A DNA stretch of 64,000 bases from Spirochaetota bacterium (GCA_965208615.1 CBDBPB010000007.1:256001-320000), one strand, 5' to 3'; shown: positions 51,514-61,722, counted from the first letter of the stretch. The notes: generated by a model from the sequence alone, not told the origin. Translations and numbers: made by a program.

Positions 51514-52716
51514 TTATTTTTCAATATGCCTATATGTTAAGGCTTTTTTTAAGTGATAAAAGTCTCCATCTTTAGGCACAGGACGTACTCTTGCCTTAAG
51601 AGTAGTAGGATTAATTAGTTCTTCAAAAGGTATTCCAATAACATTTAAGTTATCCTCTACGCTTACCATGTGACCTATTTTATTGTTATCCATAAGTTTA
51701 AATGCACCGTAACCTAAAACACTACCCAATAAAACATCATAACTTATAGGAGGTGCGGTTCTAGTTTCATATCCCACTTGTTTCGAGATAACCTTAAGAG
51801 GATTACCAGTTTTTTCTTGATAAAAACGAGTTATACCATTAGCAATAACTTTTCCTATTTCTGCCTTAGCTAAAATAGTGTGTCCAAATGGATCCTTTTC
51901 TTGAGGACGTAAATAATCAGGGAGTCTATCAACTAGACCCTCAGCTATACAAATGACCCCATATTTTAGTCCATCTTTTTCTCTTTTAATAATGCTGTCA
52001 ACAATATCATTGCAAATATTATCTATATTTATATCCCCGTTACCCTCGGGTAAATCTTCAAGGGCTATCATTTTAATAGCTTCTCCAGCAATACCAGCCG
52101 CATAAGTTAGCCATCCAGCTTTACGCCCCATGACCTCAGCCACAAAATAAGAACCTGTTGCCTCTGCATCAGACTTTAAATTAAGAATAATTTTTTGAGC
52201 AACATTAACACTAGTCCAAAATCCGAATGTCCAGGGTATACCATAATAATCGTTGTCAATGGTTTTTGGTATGTGTATTACCGGCATACCTAAGTTATAA
52301 AGTAGATTAGCAGTTCTTAGGGTATCATCACCGCCAATGGATATTAAAAGTCCGACATTCAAGAATTTTAAAGCTTTTATAACGTTATTAAGTTTTTTTG
52401 TTTTATTATTGTCTTTTAGGTCATCAGGATTTTTAATGTCCTTACCTGGATTAACTCTTGCAGTACCGATTATAATACCTTGTTTATTCCTATAGCTGCC
52501 AATAGCTCTAGTTAGCTCTACATAGTGTTTATCTTTGATTAGTGCAGGGTTATCTTTATCAAAGCCTTCTAAGTGCTTGTAGCCGTTATAAAGACCAAAG
52601 ACCTTAAATCCGTTATCCAAAAAGCTAAGGGCAACTGATGATATAACAGCATTAGCGGCAGGAGCAGGACCCCCTGAGAATATAATACCAATATTAGTTT
52701 TTTCTTTTTCAGACAT
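51514..52716 (-). CDS. Phosphofructokinase, PPi-dependent signature (GGDD with PKTIDND)
   Basis: GGPAPAAN, IGGDD, PKTIDND, EVMGR.AG, GYETR. Confidence 0.88.
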   Translation of the reverse strand: MSEKEKTNIGIIFSGGPAPAANAVISSVALSFLDNGFKVFGLYNGYKHLEGFDKDNPALIKDKHYVELTRAIGSYRNKQGIIIGTARVNPGKDIKNPDDLKDNNKTKKLNNVIKALKFLNVGLLISIGGDDTLRTANLLYNLGMPVIHIPKTIDNDYYGIPWTFGFWTSVNVAQKIILNLKSDAEATGSYFVAEVMGRKAGWLTYAAGIAGEAIKMIALEDLPEGNGDINIDNICNDIVDSIIKREKDGLKYGVICIAEGLVDRLPDYLRPQEKDPFGHTILAKAEIGKVIANGITRFYQEKTGNPLKVISKQVGYETRTAPPISYDVLLGSVLGYGAFKLMDNNKIGHMVSVEDNLNVIGIPFEELINPTTLKARVRPVPKDGDFYHLKKALTYRHIEK

Positions 52717-52848
52717 TAGTCTCTCCCTATTAGTTTGTTTAGTTTGCTTAAAAGGCATATTTAGGTTTGCCTTTTTAAGGCTATAAATTGTTAATATTTG
52801 TATTTATAAAGTTTTTTAATATTAGTCAATGTTAAGTATAGTTTATAT

Positions 52849-54006
52849 TTAAGAATATAGCAAATACTTTTTTCTTATTTCTAAAAAGTTATTTAATTTT
52901 GTTTGCCATTTAGCCTCAATGGATTTAATACTTAAGTTTGAGCTTAAGGCCTTTCTAATATCCTTATCGCCTATTAGCAGGTCAATGGGCAGTTTTTCAT
53001 ATTCATATTCGTATGGAGGGTTTTTCCATAAATCTTTTTTGGGATAGAGGTTTTTAACAGCTTTAATTATTGATAATCCAGTTAGGTATGGTTTAAAGGT
53101 ATCTCTATTTGTAATGTGGAGCTGTATACCACCACATACCTCATTAGAGAACTTATGGAAGCATGGTTCAAAATAAACGGGTCTAAAATATACTCCCAAA
53201 AGACCGTATGAGTCCAAAAGAGCTTTTAGTTTATATGGATTTATATATGGTGCACCAATAAGCTCAAAGGGCATAGTGGTACCTCTGCCTTCGGATATTT
53301 TTGTACCTTCTATTAAGACTGTACCTGGGTATACTAATGCACTATCTAGTTTTGGTATATTTGGTGATGGATATATCCAAGGTAAGTCGGTATTATCAAA
53401 CCACATAGCTCTATCATAGTTAGTCATTTTAATCACTTTTAATTTACAGTTAATGTTGGACTCGTGATTAAACATTAATGCAAGTTCAGCAATGGTCATT
53501 CCGTGTCTCATAGGTATGGTGTGTATGCCAACGAAAGACATAAGGTTAGGGTTTAGAACGTTGCCTTCTACGGATATAGCATTAATGGGGTTAGGCCTGT
53601 CTAAAACAATAACTTCTTTGTTATACTTTTTACAAGCCTTCATAGACAGTGCCATAGTGGATATAAATGTATATACCCTTGTTCCAATATCCTGGAGGTC
53701 TATAACAAGGACGTCAATATTATCAAGCATATACTGCATAGGTGTTCTGGTTTCACTATACAGGCTATAAACTGCTAGTTTAGTAATGGGATCTATATGG
53801 TGGGGAGATTCTATCATATTATCCTGTTTTTCACCTTTAAGGCCGTGTTGTGGGGATAGTATAGTAGTTAGTTTTGTATTATGTTTTAGTAGTATATCAA
53901 CGGTATGGATATAATCTTTATTTATGGAGGCGGGATGGCATAATAGTCCAATTCTTTTGTTATTTTTAGTATTAGTTATTAGTTTAGTTAGTCCGATTTC
54001 TATCAT
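52849..54006 (-). CDS. namZ: Exo-beta-N-acetylmuramidase NamZ (DUF1343) family
   Basis: PQHG, DLQDIGTRVYTF, LDRPNP, RHGMT.AEL, PSPN, SEGRGT. Confidence 0.9.
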   Translation of the reverse strand: MIEIGLTKLITNTKNNKRIGLLCHPASINKDYIHTVDILLKHNTKLTTILSPQHGLKGEKQDNMIESPHHIDPITKLAVYSLYSETRTPMQYMLDNIDVLVIDLQDIGTRVYTFISTMALSMKACKKYNKEVIVLDRPNPINAISVEGNVLNPNLMSFVGIHTIPMRHGMTIAELALMFNHESNINCKLKVIKMTNYDRAMWFDNTDLPWIYPSPNIPKLDSALVYPGTVLIEGTKISEGRGTTMPFELIGAPYINPYKLKALLDSYGLLGVYFRPVYFEPCFHKFSNEVCGGIQLHITNRDTFKPYLTGLSIIKAVKNLYPKKDLWKNPPYEYEYEKLPIDLLIGDKDIRKALSSNLSIKSIEAKWQTKLNNFLEIRKKYLLYS

Positions 54007-54098
54007 AATGTTATCAAGCGTTCTAATAAATATAATAAAAAGCTTTTTGAGTATTAGGATTTATATTAGATAGTTAAAAAGTGAATAGTATTTTGTTA

Positions 54099-54371
54099 TC
54101 AATTAATATCTTTTTTTTTATACTGACTATTAAGTAATTCCTCGATTTCGGGATCAAGTTTATTGGATGAGGTTTTATTATTAGTGGAGTTATTTATAGG
54201 CTTATCTTTATGAAGGTTATTGTTAAGGAGTTTCTCTATCTCAGGATCAAGTTTATTAGACGGCTTTAGGCTGTTAAATAAATCAAGATTTGGACGAGGG
54301 TCGAAGCCTTCAAATCCTACGTTGATTAATAAATCATAAAGCTTTTTTTTGTCTAGTTCAGAAAGAGACAT
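54099..54371 (-). CDS. Small hypothetical protein with an internal duplicated motif
   Basis: SNKLDPEIEKLLN and SNKLDPEIEELLN; AAGGA RBS. Confidence 0.55.
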   Translation of the reverse strand: MSLSELDKKKLYDLLINVGFEGFDPRPNLDLFNSLKPSNKLDPEIEKLLNNNLHKDKPINNSTNNKTSSNKLDPEIEELLNSQYKKKDIN

Positions 54372-54549
54372 AAATAAAATCCTTAACTCATTTTATTGGC
54401 TTATGGATTTAGCATTTTGCTCTATTTATTATATTAATAATAATTAATAAAAAATCAACTAGATAAAATATTAGTTTAGTAATATATAGTTTACCAGCTA
54501 ATATACTTTTATATTAACTGGTATTATTAAGTAACAGTTAAGCCTGATT

Positions 54550-55449
54550 TCAGGCCGCCATAAAAGTCTTTAGATGATGGTTGACAGATGGTTGTTTTAG
54601 CTTTTTAATAGCTCTTTTTTCAATTTGTCTTATCCTTTCTTTTGTTACGTTAAACTTTCTACCTATTTCGCTAAGGGATAAAAGTTCTGCACCATTTAGT
54701 CCAAAGCGATGTCTAATAATTATTCTTTCTTTATCGGATAAGATTTTTAGAGTATTATTAATAGTTTCTTTTAAATGTTTGTCTAAAACTTCATCTTCTG
54801 GCAACTTATTTTTAGTATCGAGTAGAACATCTTCTAGGAATATAGTTTTTCTATCACTAGTATCATTGTTTACGGGGGCATCAATGGATACGTATTTTTT
54901 AGTAGCGGTAATTATTGTATCCACCTCATCTTTTTTCATATCCAATTTAGAAGCAATATCAGTATTGCTTAAACCTTCCTGATTATTATAGTCATTGTCA
55001 TTAATAAGATTTTTAATCTTAAAATGCTGTAGTGCTCTATTCATAGGCAGTCTAATTAAGCCAACCTGTTCAGCAAATGCTTTAGCAATATATTGTCTAA
55101 TCCACCATACAGCATAGGATATAAACCTATAACCTTTAGTATAGTCAAATTTATCACAGGCTAAAATTAGTCCCATATTACCTTCGTTTATCAGGTCTAA
55201 AAACGGTATACCTTTGTTTAAGTAATTTTTAGCGATGCTAACAACGAATCGAAGGTTTGAAGCAATTAGTTTTTCTCTAGCTTCTTGATCGTTATTACTA
55301 GCCATTCTTTTAGCCAGTTTATCTTCTTCTTCTTTAGTAAGAACCTTATATTGATCTATTTCTTGAATATATGTTTTTAGCGAATTAGATTCGAGAAAGT
55401 TCTCCCACTTTTTTGGTTTTTTGTTATTAACTTCTTTTTTCATCATCAC
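54550..55449 (-). CDS. RpoS-like group 2 sigma70 factor (no region 1.1)
   Basis: NLRFVVSIAK, DLINEGN.GL, F.SYAVWWIRQ, TKERIRQIE; 299 aa. Confidence 0.88.
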   Translation of the reverse strand: MMMKKEVNNKKPKKWENFLESNSLKTYIQEIDQYKVLTKEEEDKLAKRMASNNDQEAREKLIASNLRFVVSIAKNYLNKGIPFLDLINEGNMGLILACDKFDYTKGYRFISYAVWWIRQYIAKAFAEQVGLIRLPMNRALQHFKIKNLINDNDYNNQEGLSNTDIASKLDMKKDEVDTIITATKKYVSIDAPVNNDTSDRKTIFLEDVLLDTKNKLPEDEVLDKHLKETINNTLKILSDKERIIIRHRFGLNGAELLSLSEIGRKFNVTKERIRQIEKRAIKKLKQPSVNHHLKTFMAA

Positions 55450-55532
55450 ACCTTTTATCTACTCTATATTAATTTTTTTTAAAATTGCAATTCCTCATGA
55501 TAATAAACACATAATCAATAAAAATGTTCTAT

Positions 55533-55549
55533 AGCAATATATATGCCAA
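55533..55549 (-). promoter_or_regulatory. sigma54 (-24/-12) promoter of the RpoS-like gene
   Basis: Minus strand TTGGCATATATATTGCT = GG-N10-GC, about 85 nt upstream of the start. Confidence 0.8.
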
Positions 55550-55724
55550 AGTTTAAATTTATTATTTTTATACGGCATTTACTTTTATTGTAATGAGTTA
55601 GTAGTTTTTTAATAAAAACTAAATGAGTTAAACTAAATTAAGAAGTGGGCAAAAATGAGCCTTTTTATTAAAAAAATAAATATTTTTAAATAGATAGGGT
55701 CATTATGAAACATTTATTAAAAGT

Positions 55725-56831
55725 TTAGATCATTTTTTTATGTTTTAGGTAGTGATCGCATATTACCAAAGCCATCATACTCTCTATCACAGGTATAATT
55801 CTTGGTACAATACAAGGGTCATGTCTTCCTTTTGTAGAAAGCATAATTTTTTCTCCTTTAAGGTTTACGCTATGCTGTTCTATGCCAATAGATGGAGTAG
55901 GCTTTATAGCGGCTCTTATTATAATGGGCATACCATTAGATATTCCCCCTAACACACCTCCACAGCGATTAGTATTAGTAACTATCCTACCACCTACATT
56001 AAAAAAGCAATCATTAGATTCCTCGCCTCTAAGTTTGGATAGGTTAAAGCCGTCCCCTATTTCAATACCTTTTACTGATCCAATACTCATTATTGCTTTG
56101 GCAATATCTGCATCGAGTTTATCAAACACGGGTTCTCCGATTCCTGGAGGGACATTTAAGGCTAAAGCCTCTACAATACCCCCAATAGAGGTATTATCTT
56201 TTTTTACATTAAGAATAAGGTTTTCCATTTTTTTAGCTGTATTTATATCATTGGTTCTAACAGGATTGCTATCAATAAAGTTAATTTGATTATAATCGAT
56301 ATTAATATTAGCTTTTGAGTCAATATTTATAGGATTTTTATTTGATTTAACATTCCCAATTGACTTTGTATATGCAATAATTTTAATGCCTATATTGTCC
56401 AAAACCTTTTTAGCAACGGCACCCCCTGCTACTCTTGCGATAGTCTCTCTTCCAGAAGATCGACCGCCACCTCTGTAATCCCTAATACCATATTTTATAA
56501 AATAAGTAAAGTCGGCATGGCCTGGCCTGAATACGTTTTTAATATGATCGTAGTTTTTAGGACGTTGATCTTTATTAAATACCATCATAGAAATGGGAGT
56601 TCCTGTAGTTTTGCCGTTAAAAACCCCTGATAGTATTTCTACTTTATCGTCTTCTTTTCTTGGAGTGCTAATATTACTTTGCCCTGGTTTTCTTTTATCT
56701 AATTCAGTTTGTATATCTTTTTCTGATAAAGATATTTTAGGAGGACATCCATCAACAATTACTCCAACGCCTTTACCATGAGACTCACCCCATGTAGTTA
56801 TTTTAAATATATCCCCAAAAGAACTACTCAT
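55725..56831 (-). CDS. aroC: Chorismate synthase
   Basis: GESHG, RPGHAD, RGGGRSSGRET, GG.LGGISNG, GRHDPC. Confidence 0.98.
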   Translation of the reverse strand: MSSSFGDIFKITTWGESHGKGVGVIVDGCPPKISLSEKDIQTELDKRKPGQSNISTPRKEDDKVEILSGVFNGKTTGTPISMMVFNKDQRPKNYDHIKNVFRPGHADFTYFIKYGIRDYRGGGRSSGRETIARVAGGAVAKKVLDNIGIKIIAYTKSIGNVKSNKNPINIDSKANINIDYNQINFIDSNPVRTNDINTAKKMENLILNVKKDNTSIGGIVEALALNVPPGIGEPVFDKLDADIAKAIMSIGSVKGIEIGDGFNLSKLRGEESNDCFFNVGGRIVTNTNRCGGVLGGISNGMPIIIRAAIKPTPSIGIEQHSVNLKGEKIMLSTKGRHDPCIVPRIIPVIESMMALVICDHYLKHKKMI

Positions 56832-57063
56832 TTTTACCGCAAATAAAGTTTATTTAATTTAAAATAAGTTATGCTAAATATTGTTATTTTATTAGCATAA
56901 TTAAGCTAGTTTATACTATAAAAATATAAAATATATTATAACTTGGCAATAGTATTATAATGTGCCATAATATACCAGAATAAATATGACAGGCAAATAA
57001 GTATAAAGTTATTTTATTATTTACTATAATAAAGCTATTTGGCTAATTTTTATGGATAGGTGA

Positions 57064-57092
57064 TTGACAAATCTAGAAATATTAGTTAGTAT
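57064..57092 (+). promoter_or_regulatory. Putative sigma70 promoter upstream of the ECF sigma gene
   Basis: TTGACA-N17-TAGTAT. Confidence 0.55.
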
Positions 57093-57214
57093 ATGCTAAT
57101 AATGTTCGGTTAGATATGTAGTAATATTTAAGCCTTTTGTTTAACAATAAGGTATAGAGTTATTTAAAAGTTTATATTTAAGGTAATACTTTGAAGTTAT
57201 TTAATAAAACAAAT

Positions 57215-57240
57215 GGAACAATTCCTCTTTTCATGTGTTA
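57215..57240 (+). promoter_or_regulatory. Putative autoregulatory ECF promoter
   Basis: GGAAC-N17-GTTA, about 25 nt before the likely TTG start at 57265. Confidence 0.55.
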
Positions 57241-57264
57241 TTCAACTTGTATAAGAGGGCTGAC

Positions 57265-57843
57265 TTGAACCAGAACTTGAAAGAAGAAAGTGATGAATTT
57301 CTAATGCTTTCGTTTAGAGAAGGCAATGAAGAGGCCTTTACTGAAATAATAAACAGGTATAATATAAGGCTTTTTAACTATGTATATAAGTATATACACG
57401 ATAAAGAAAGAAGCGAAGAGATAACCCAAGAAGTATTTATTAGGGTTTATAGGAGCAGAGAAAGGTATAAAATAAAAGCTAAGTTTTCTACTTATATATA
57501 TAGAATTGCACTAAACCTTTCATATAATGAGGTTAGGAACAGAAATAGAAGAAAAACGGACTTGAAGAATGAATTTGATGATAAGTCTTTTAAGGATAAA
57601 ATAAAAGAAACTAATACTCCTGAAAAGATATTTGAAAAAAAAGAAGTAAAGGAGATTGTTAATCAAGAGATTAATAACTTGTCTACTAAGTATAAAGATG
57701 TTATACTATTATGTGATATAGAGGAATTGTCATATAAAGATGTAGCTAAGGTGCTTAATATTTCTATTGGAACAGTTCAATCAAGGCTGAGTAGAGGGAG
57801 AATAAAGTTAAAACAGCGTTTGGAGGGATTATTAAATTTTTAA
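57265..57843 (+). CDS. ECF sigma factor
   Basis: G...AF..I..RY, EEITQEVF, FSTYIYRIA.N, LSY..VA.VL.I..GTV.SRL.RGR; TTG start after AGAGGG. Confidence 0.93.
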   Translation: MNQNLKEESDEFLMLSFREGNEEAFTEIINRYNIRLFNYVYKYIHDKERSEEITQEVFIRVYRSRERYKIKAKFSTYIYRIALNLSYNEVRNRNRRKTDLKNEFDDKSFKDKIKETNTPEKIFEKKEVKEIVNQEINNLSTKYKDVILLCDIEELSYKDVAKVLNISIGTVQSRLSRGRIKLKQRLEGLLNF

Positions 57844-57904
57844 AAAAAAATGTGAACTATGTTATATAAAGAAAAACATAATTTACTAAATCAAGGTGAT
57901 AGTT

Positions 57905-58621
57905 ATGAAAAAAAATAAGTACTACAAATTATTATCAGGTCTATTAGATAATGAATTATCCACAAAAGAAAGACTTAAAGCTATTAAACTATTAGAAAAA
58001 AACTCATGGTTTAAAGAGCAATATCAAAAGCTTAAGGAGTTAAAAGAAATAACTAACTCAACTAAATCTAATAGTTTACTTTCTCCAAACTTTACTAACG
58101 ATCTAAAGAATAAGATTTATGATTACCAGAATAAAGAAAACTGGTTTAGTAGACTAGTTGATAGAGGCTTTTTTACAAAGTTGTCCTATGCAATGGTAAG
58201 TGCTTCTGCTATGTTTATTATTTTTCTTGGAGTTAAATTATATTTTTATGAATATAATGAAAAGGATATTGCTAGTAAAAATACAGATAGTATTAAAGAG
58301 TCTCCAGTCGTATTAGGTAACAACTTTTCTAAGGCTAAAAGTACAATAGGAGGCTATAGTACGGTTTCACCATTAAATCAAGGTGCCTCTTCTCACGCTA
58401 ATAGTATAACCGTACTTGTTAAAGGGTCTAACATAACTTTGTATAGGGGTAATGAGTTCATTAAGGTTAATATTGATACAGGGCAGTTAGTAAGCAAAGT
58501 TGATGAAAAGAAAAAAGAAATGTTTAAAGTCTTTTTTAATAATAATAACAGTTTAAAAAATATATGGTTATTTCCCATGAAAAGATTTAAAAAGTCAATA
58601 GAGCAGTCTAATAAAAAATAG
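57905..58621 (+). CDS. Probable membrane-anchored anti-sigma factor
   Basis: LLSGLLDNELS anti-sigma N-terminus without HxxxCxxC, one TM helix, directly after the ECF gene. Confidence 0.7.
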   Translation: MKKNKYYKLLSGLLDNELSTKERLKAIKLLEKNSWFKEQYQKLKELKEITNSTKSNSLLSPNFTNDLKNKIYDYQNKENWFSRLVDRGFFTKLSYAMVSASAMFIIFLGVKLYFYEYNEKDIASKNTDSIKESPVVLGNNFSKAKSTIGGYSTVSPLNQGASSHANSITVLVKGSNITLYRGNEFIKVNIDTGQLVSKVDEKKKEMFKVFFNNNNSLKNIWLFPMKRFKKSIEQSNKK

Positions 58622-58629
58622 ATATAATT

Positions 58630-59187
58630 TTATGTTGTATCAAGCTTTATAAAGTCTATTCCTATACATTTTACATTGTTTAGTGCATCTTTAATATCTT
58701 CTGATAGAATTACTGCAACACCAAGACTCTTATCAAAAGTAAATACCTTGCTATTTGCAATATTAGCTTGTTTAAGATGGGGTTTAATAACAATATTTTT
58801 TGCTTTACCAGCAAACCTTGTTTTAGCCTCATCTAGTATGTTAAGTTGCTTAACAAGGTGGAGGGCATAATAATCCTTATTATCGCCGTAGCTGTTAAAT
58901 AGCTTTACACTAAGCCATTGAATATCATCATCTTTATGTTTTAGGCTGTCTATAATGGATTTCATCTTATTAGAACAAAGATGCCAATATTCTATATTTG
59001 CTTGATAATCAACAAAACTACCTTTGTCAATAATAAAATCTACCGTATTCCAGTTGTCAAACCTGCCACCACTAATAATTTTCTTATAATCAGGATTATC
59101 AGGAGTATTAATCTCATTTTTTGTAGTTGCAAGATCAATAAACTCCTCTTCTTTAAAAACTAGTTGATAATAATTCACATTATTCAC
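58630..59187 (-). CDS. Imm11/DUF1629-like immunity protein
   Basis: D...N...HLCS.KMK.II, IQWL.V, YY.LH, VILSE.IK.AL, GIDF pattern; family call from memory of the motif. Confidence 0.5.
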   Translation of the reverse strand: MNNVNYYQLVFKEEEFIDLATTKNEINTPDNPDYKKIISGGRFDNWNTVDFIIDKGSFVDYQANIEYWHLCSNKMKSIIDSLKHKDDDIQWLSVKLFNSYGDNKDYYALHLVKQLNILDEAKTRFAGKAKNIVIKPHLKQANIANSKVFTFDKSLGVAVILSEDIKDALNNVKCIGIDFIKLDTT

Positions 59188-59193
59188 CGTAAG

Positions 59194-59991
59194 TTAGTAG
59201 CTCTCTGAAGAAGATGGAAACTTACCTAAGGTAATATCCTCTGCATAGCAGTTTATTGCATCGGTTATTGTTTTTTGTAAGTTAGCATATTTTCTTAAGA
59301 ACTTTGGATTAAAGTCTGTCATACCAAGAACATCGTAACATACAATTATTTGTCCATCACAATTTACTCCCGCACCAATGCCTATAGTTGGTATTTTTAT
59401 AGAGTTGGTTATGTTTTTAGCAACGTCGGATTTAATTAACTCCAATACTATAGCAAATGCACCAGCTTGTTCAAGGATTTTAGCTTCTTTAATTAATTTT
59501 TCATGTTGTTCATTTTTTCGTCCTTGGACTATGTGTCCACCAAGCTGATGTTCTGACTGGGGGGTAAAGCCAATATGCCCTAAAACTGGTATGCCAATTT
59601 GAGTAAGCCTATAAACCGTATCAGCTATAAGTTCACCACCTTCTAACTTAACACCTTCTACTTGGCTTTCCTTCATCATTCGTCCTACATTATCAATAGC
59701 CTTATCGGTGCTAATCTGGTAGGACAAAAAAGGCATATCACCGATTAAAAGAGAACGATTAACACCACGTCTTACAGACCTACAGTGATAAATCATCTCA
59801 TCAAGGGTTATTGGTAAAGTAGTTCTATAACCAGCAACCACATTGGATAAAGAATCACCAACTAAAATAATATCTACATTACACTGATCAATAATACGAG
59901 CAAAGGTGTAGTCATAGGCAGTTATTGATATAATTTTTTCATTATTTAGCTTTTTATTAGTGATGGTTTTTATAGATGTTTTTTTAAACAT
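59194..59991 (-). CDS. panB: 3-methyl-2-oxobutanoate hydroxymethyltransferase
   Basis: TAYDY, ILVGDSL, DMPF.SY, VKLEGG, GHIG.TPQ, IGIGAG..CDGQ. Confidence 0.98.
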   Translation of the reverse strand: MFKKTSIKTITNKKLNNEKIISITAYDYTFARIIDQCNVDIILVGDSLSNVVAGYRTTLPITLDEMIYHCRSVRRGVNRSLLIGDMPFLSYQISTDKAIDNVGRMMKESQVEGVKLEGGELIADTVYRLTQIGIPVLGHIGFTPQSEHQLGGHIVQGRKNEQHEKLIKEAKILEQAGAFAIVLELIKSDVAKNITNSIKIPTIGIGAGVNCDGQIIVCYDVLGMTDFNPKFLRKYANLQKTITDAINCYAEDITLGKFPSSSESY

Positions 59992-60003
59992 ATTAACCTA
60001 AAG

Positions 60004-60252
60004 CTATTGATGTTTTTTTATATACTGCCTAACCTTCTTAGCTCCAACGAGTTGACCTAAAATAGATACTATTATAAGTATGGGTACAACATAATAATCG
60101 AATCCTAAAGCTCGTCTTAAAAGGAATATAATGGGGATTGAGGCATGTAATATAGCAAACCACTGCCATGACATCTTTTTATAATTTTCTCTAAAATATC
60201 CACAAGGTATATTAACTATAAAAGTAATAACAAGTAATAGCGTTAATAACAT
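60004..60252 (-). CDS. Small hydrophobic membrane protein
   Basis: NIPCGYFRE..KK.SWQWF..LH..IP; three hydrophobic segments. Confidence 0.7.
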   Translation of the reverse strand: MLLTLLLVITFIVNIPCGYFRENYKKMSWQWFAILHASIPIIFLLRRALGFDYYVVPILIIVSILGQLVGAKKVRQYIKKHQ

Positions 60253-60323
60253 AATATATTGCCTTAGGGTTAATGTAAGTTTTTTTGTAAATATACTTTT
60301 TAATTAACTTATTAAATAATAGT

Positions 60324-61718
60324 CTATTTTATAAACAAGTCCATCTTTTTTACTAGTTCATAGGAGTTTTTTATACAATCGTTTATTCCAACTCCGTTAA
60401 TATAGCTACTATTAATAAAAATAGACGGATGTTCATTAATAATATTAAATATATTTTTAACCAGCTTAATATGCCCGACATTATATTGGGGAATGCCTTT
60501 GTCATACCTAATAATATGTATTATATCTGGTTTATCTTTTATATTCATGGTTAGTTTAATTGTATTTTGAGCGTTATTGATTAGTTGTTCATCTGTCCAG
60601 TTTTTAGTTTCTGGATGACATGCTCCACCATAGATTGCGGTTAAGTTAACGCCATTTTTTGGAGCCAACGTTGGGAAGACCATATCATTCCATATACAGC
60701 CTAGCATACTAAGTTTTTCTTTTTGAGGGCTTAAAAAGCCAAAGCCCTTATAGGGATTAACTTTTTTATTATAGCCCAAGCATAAAACCTGTATAGGAGC
60801 ATATTCAACTTTATTAAGTAGGCTATATAGCTCACTGGATAACGGATTTATCAAATTAGCAGTATGGTAAGCTGGAGTTGCAAAGATAATATAATCGGCA
60901 TTAATTTTTTGTTTAGCTCCGTCATATTCGCAATGTATAATATTATCCCTAAAGGATATTTCATTAATTTTTACATTTGTTTTGATAATGGTATTTAGGT
61001 TTTCACCTAAGGCCTTGATTAGAACTTCCATTCCACTATCAAAAGCGACCAATTTTCTTTTATTGATAGCCATAACATCGTCTGGGAACTGATTTTTAAC
61101 ACTATTCTTTTTAGCTTTTAAGAATCCGAGTATAATAGAGCCGTATTTATGTTCTAATTCTGTTAGTTTGGGGAAAATAGCTTTTGCACTAAGGGTTTTA
61201 GTATTACCAGCGTATATACCCGTTACAAGGAGTTCAAATAAGTTGTTTAGCATATCCTCTGAGAACCGTCTAGTAAAGAACTGGGCTACTGATTCATCAT
61301 CAGATATAGGCATATTTCTTTTAAAGATTTCTGCAATAACGGTTTTAACTTCTTTAAGCCCTATAACATCGGATCTTATTAAGTCAATAATGCCGTTGGG
61401 CAGGGGATTTAGTTTATTATTAGTCCATATATACCTAATTCTTGCATTATCGTTACTAACTTGTATTTTATTCCAAATGCCAATATCTTTGCATAGTGAT
61501 AATGTTCTCCTTCCTTCGGCTAAAAAGCCTCTTGGGCCTGTATCAAATATAAACCCGCTATCACGGATGGATTGGATATTACCACCTATTTTTGACTCTT
61601 GTTCTAAGAGGATAATTTCATGGTTAGAGTTTAGTTTAGTTATTTTTTCTTTTAGAAAATAAGCGGTAGTAAGGCCTGATATACCGCCTCCAAATATGAC
61701 AAAGCGTTTTTTAGACAA
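60324..61718 (-). CDS. hemY: FAD-dependent protoporphyrinogen/coproporphyrinogen oxidase (HemY family)
   Basis: GGGISGL..A, E....IGG, D.GP..F, GIYAG, FGFL.P, IPQYNVGH, GVGINDC. Confidence 0.92.
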   Translation of the reverse strand: MSKKRFVIFGGGISGLTTAYFLKEKITKLNSNHEIILLEQESKIGGNIQSIRDSGFIFDTGPRGFLAEGRRTLSLCKDIGIWNKIQVSNDNARIRYIWTNNKLNPLPNGIIDLIRSDVIGLKEVKTVIAEIFKRNMPISDDESVAQFFTRRFSEDMLNNLFELLVTGIYAGNTKTLSAKAIFPKLTELEHKYGSIILGFLKAKKNSVKNQFPDDVMAINKRKLVAFDSGMEVLIKALGENLNTIIKTNVKINEISFRDNIIHCEYDGAKQKINADYIIFATPAYHTANLINPLSSELYSLLNKVEYAPIQVLCLGYNKKVNPYKGFGFLSPQKEKLSMLGCIWNDMVFPTLAPKNGVNLTAIYGGACHPETKNWTDEQLINNAQNTIKLTMNIKDKPDIIHIIRYDKGIPQYNVGHIKLVKNIFNIINEHPSIFINSSYINGVGINDCIKNSYELVKKMDLFIK

Positions 61719-61722
61719 TGTT

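Noticed and set aside
56869-56900. Inverted repeat TTATGCTAA-N14-TTAGCATAA upstream of aroC
   Set aside because: Single AT-rich occurrence; cannot be assigned as operator or terminator
56940-56970. sigma54 sites between aroC and the ECF gene (TGGCA on both strands)
   Set aside because: No GC at the required -12 spacing
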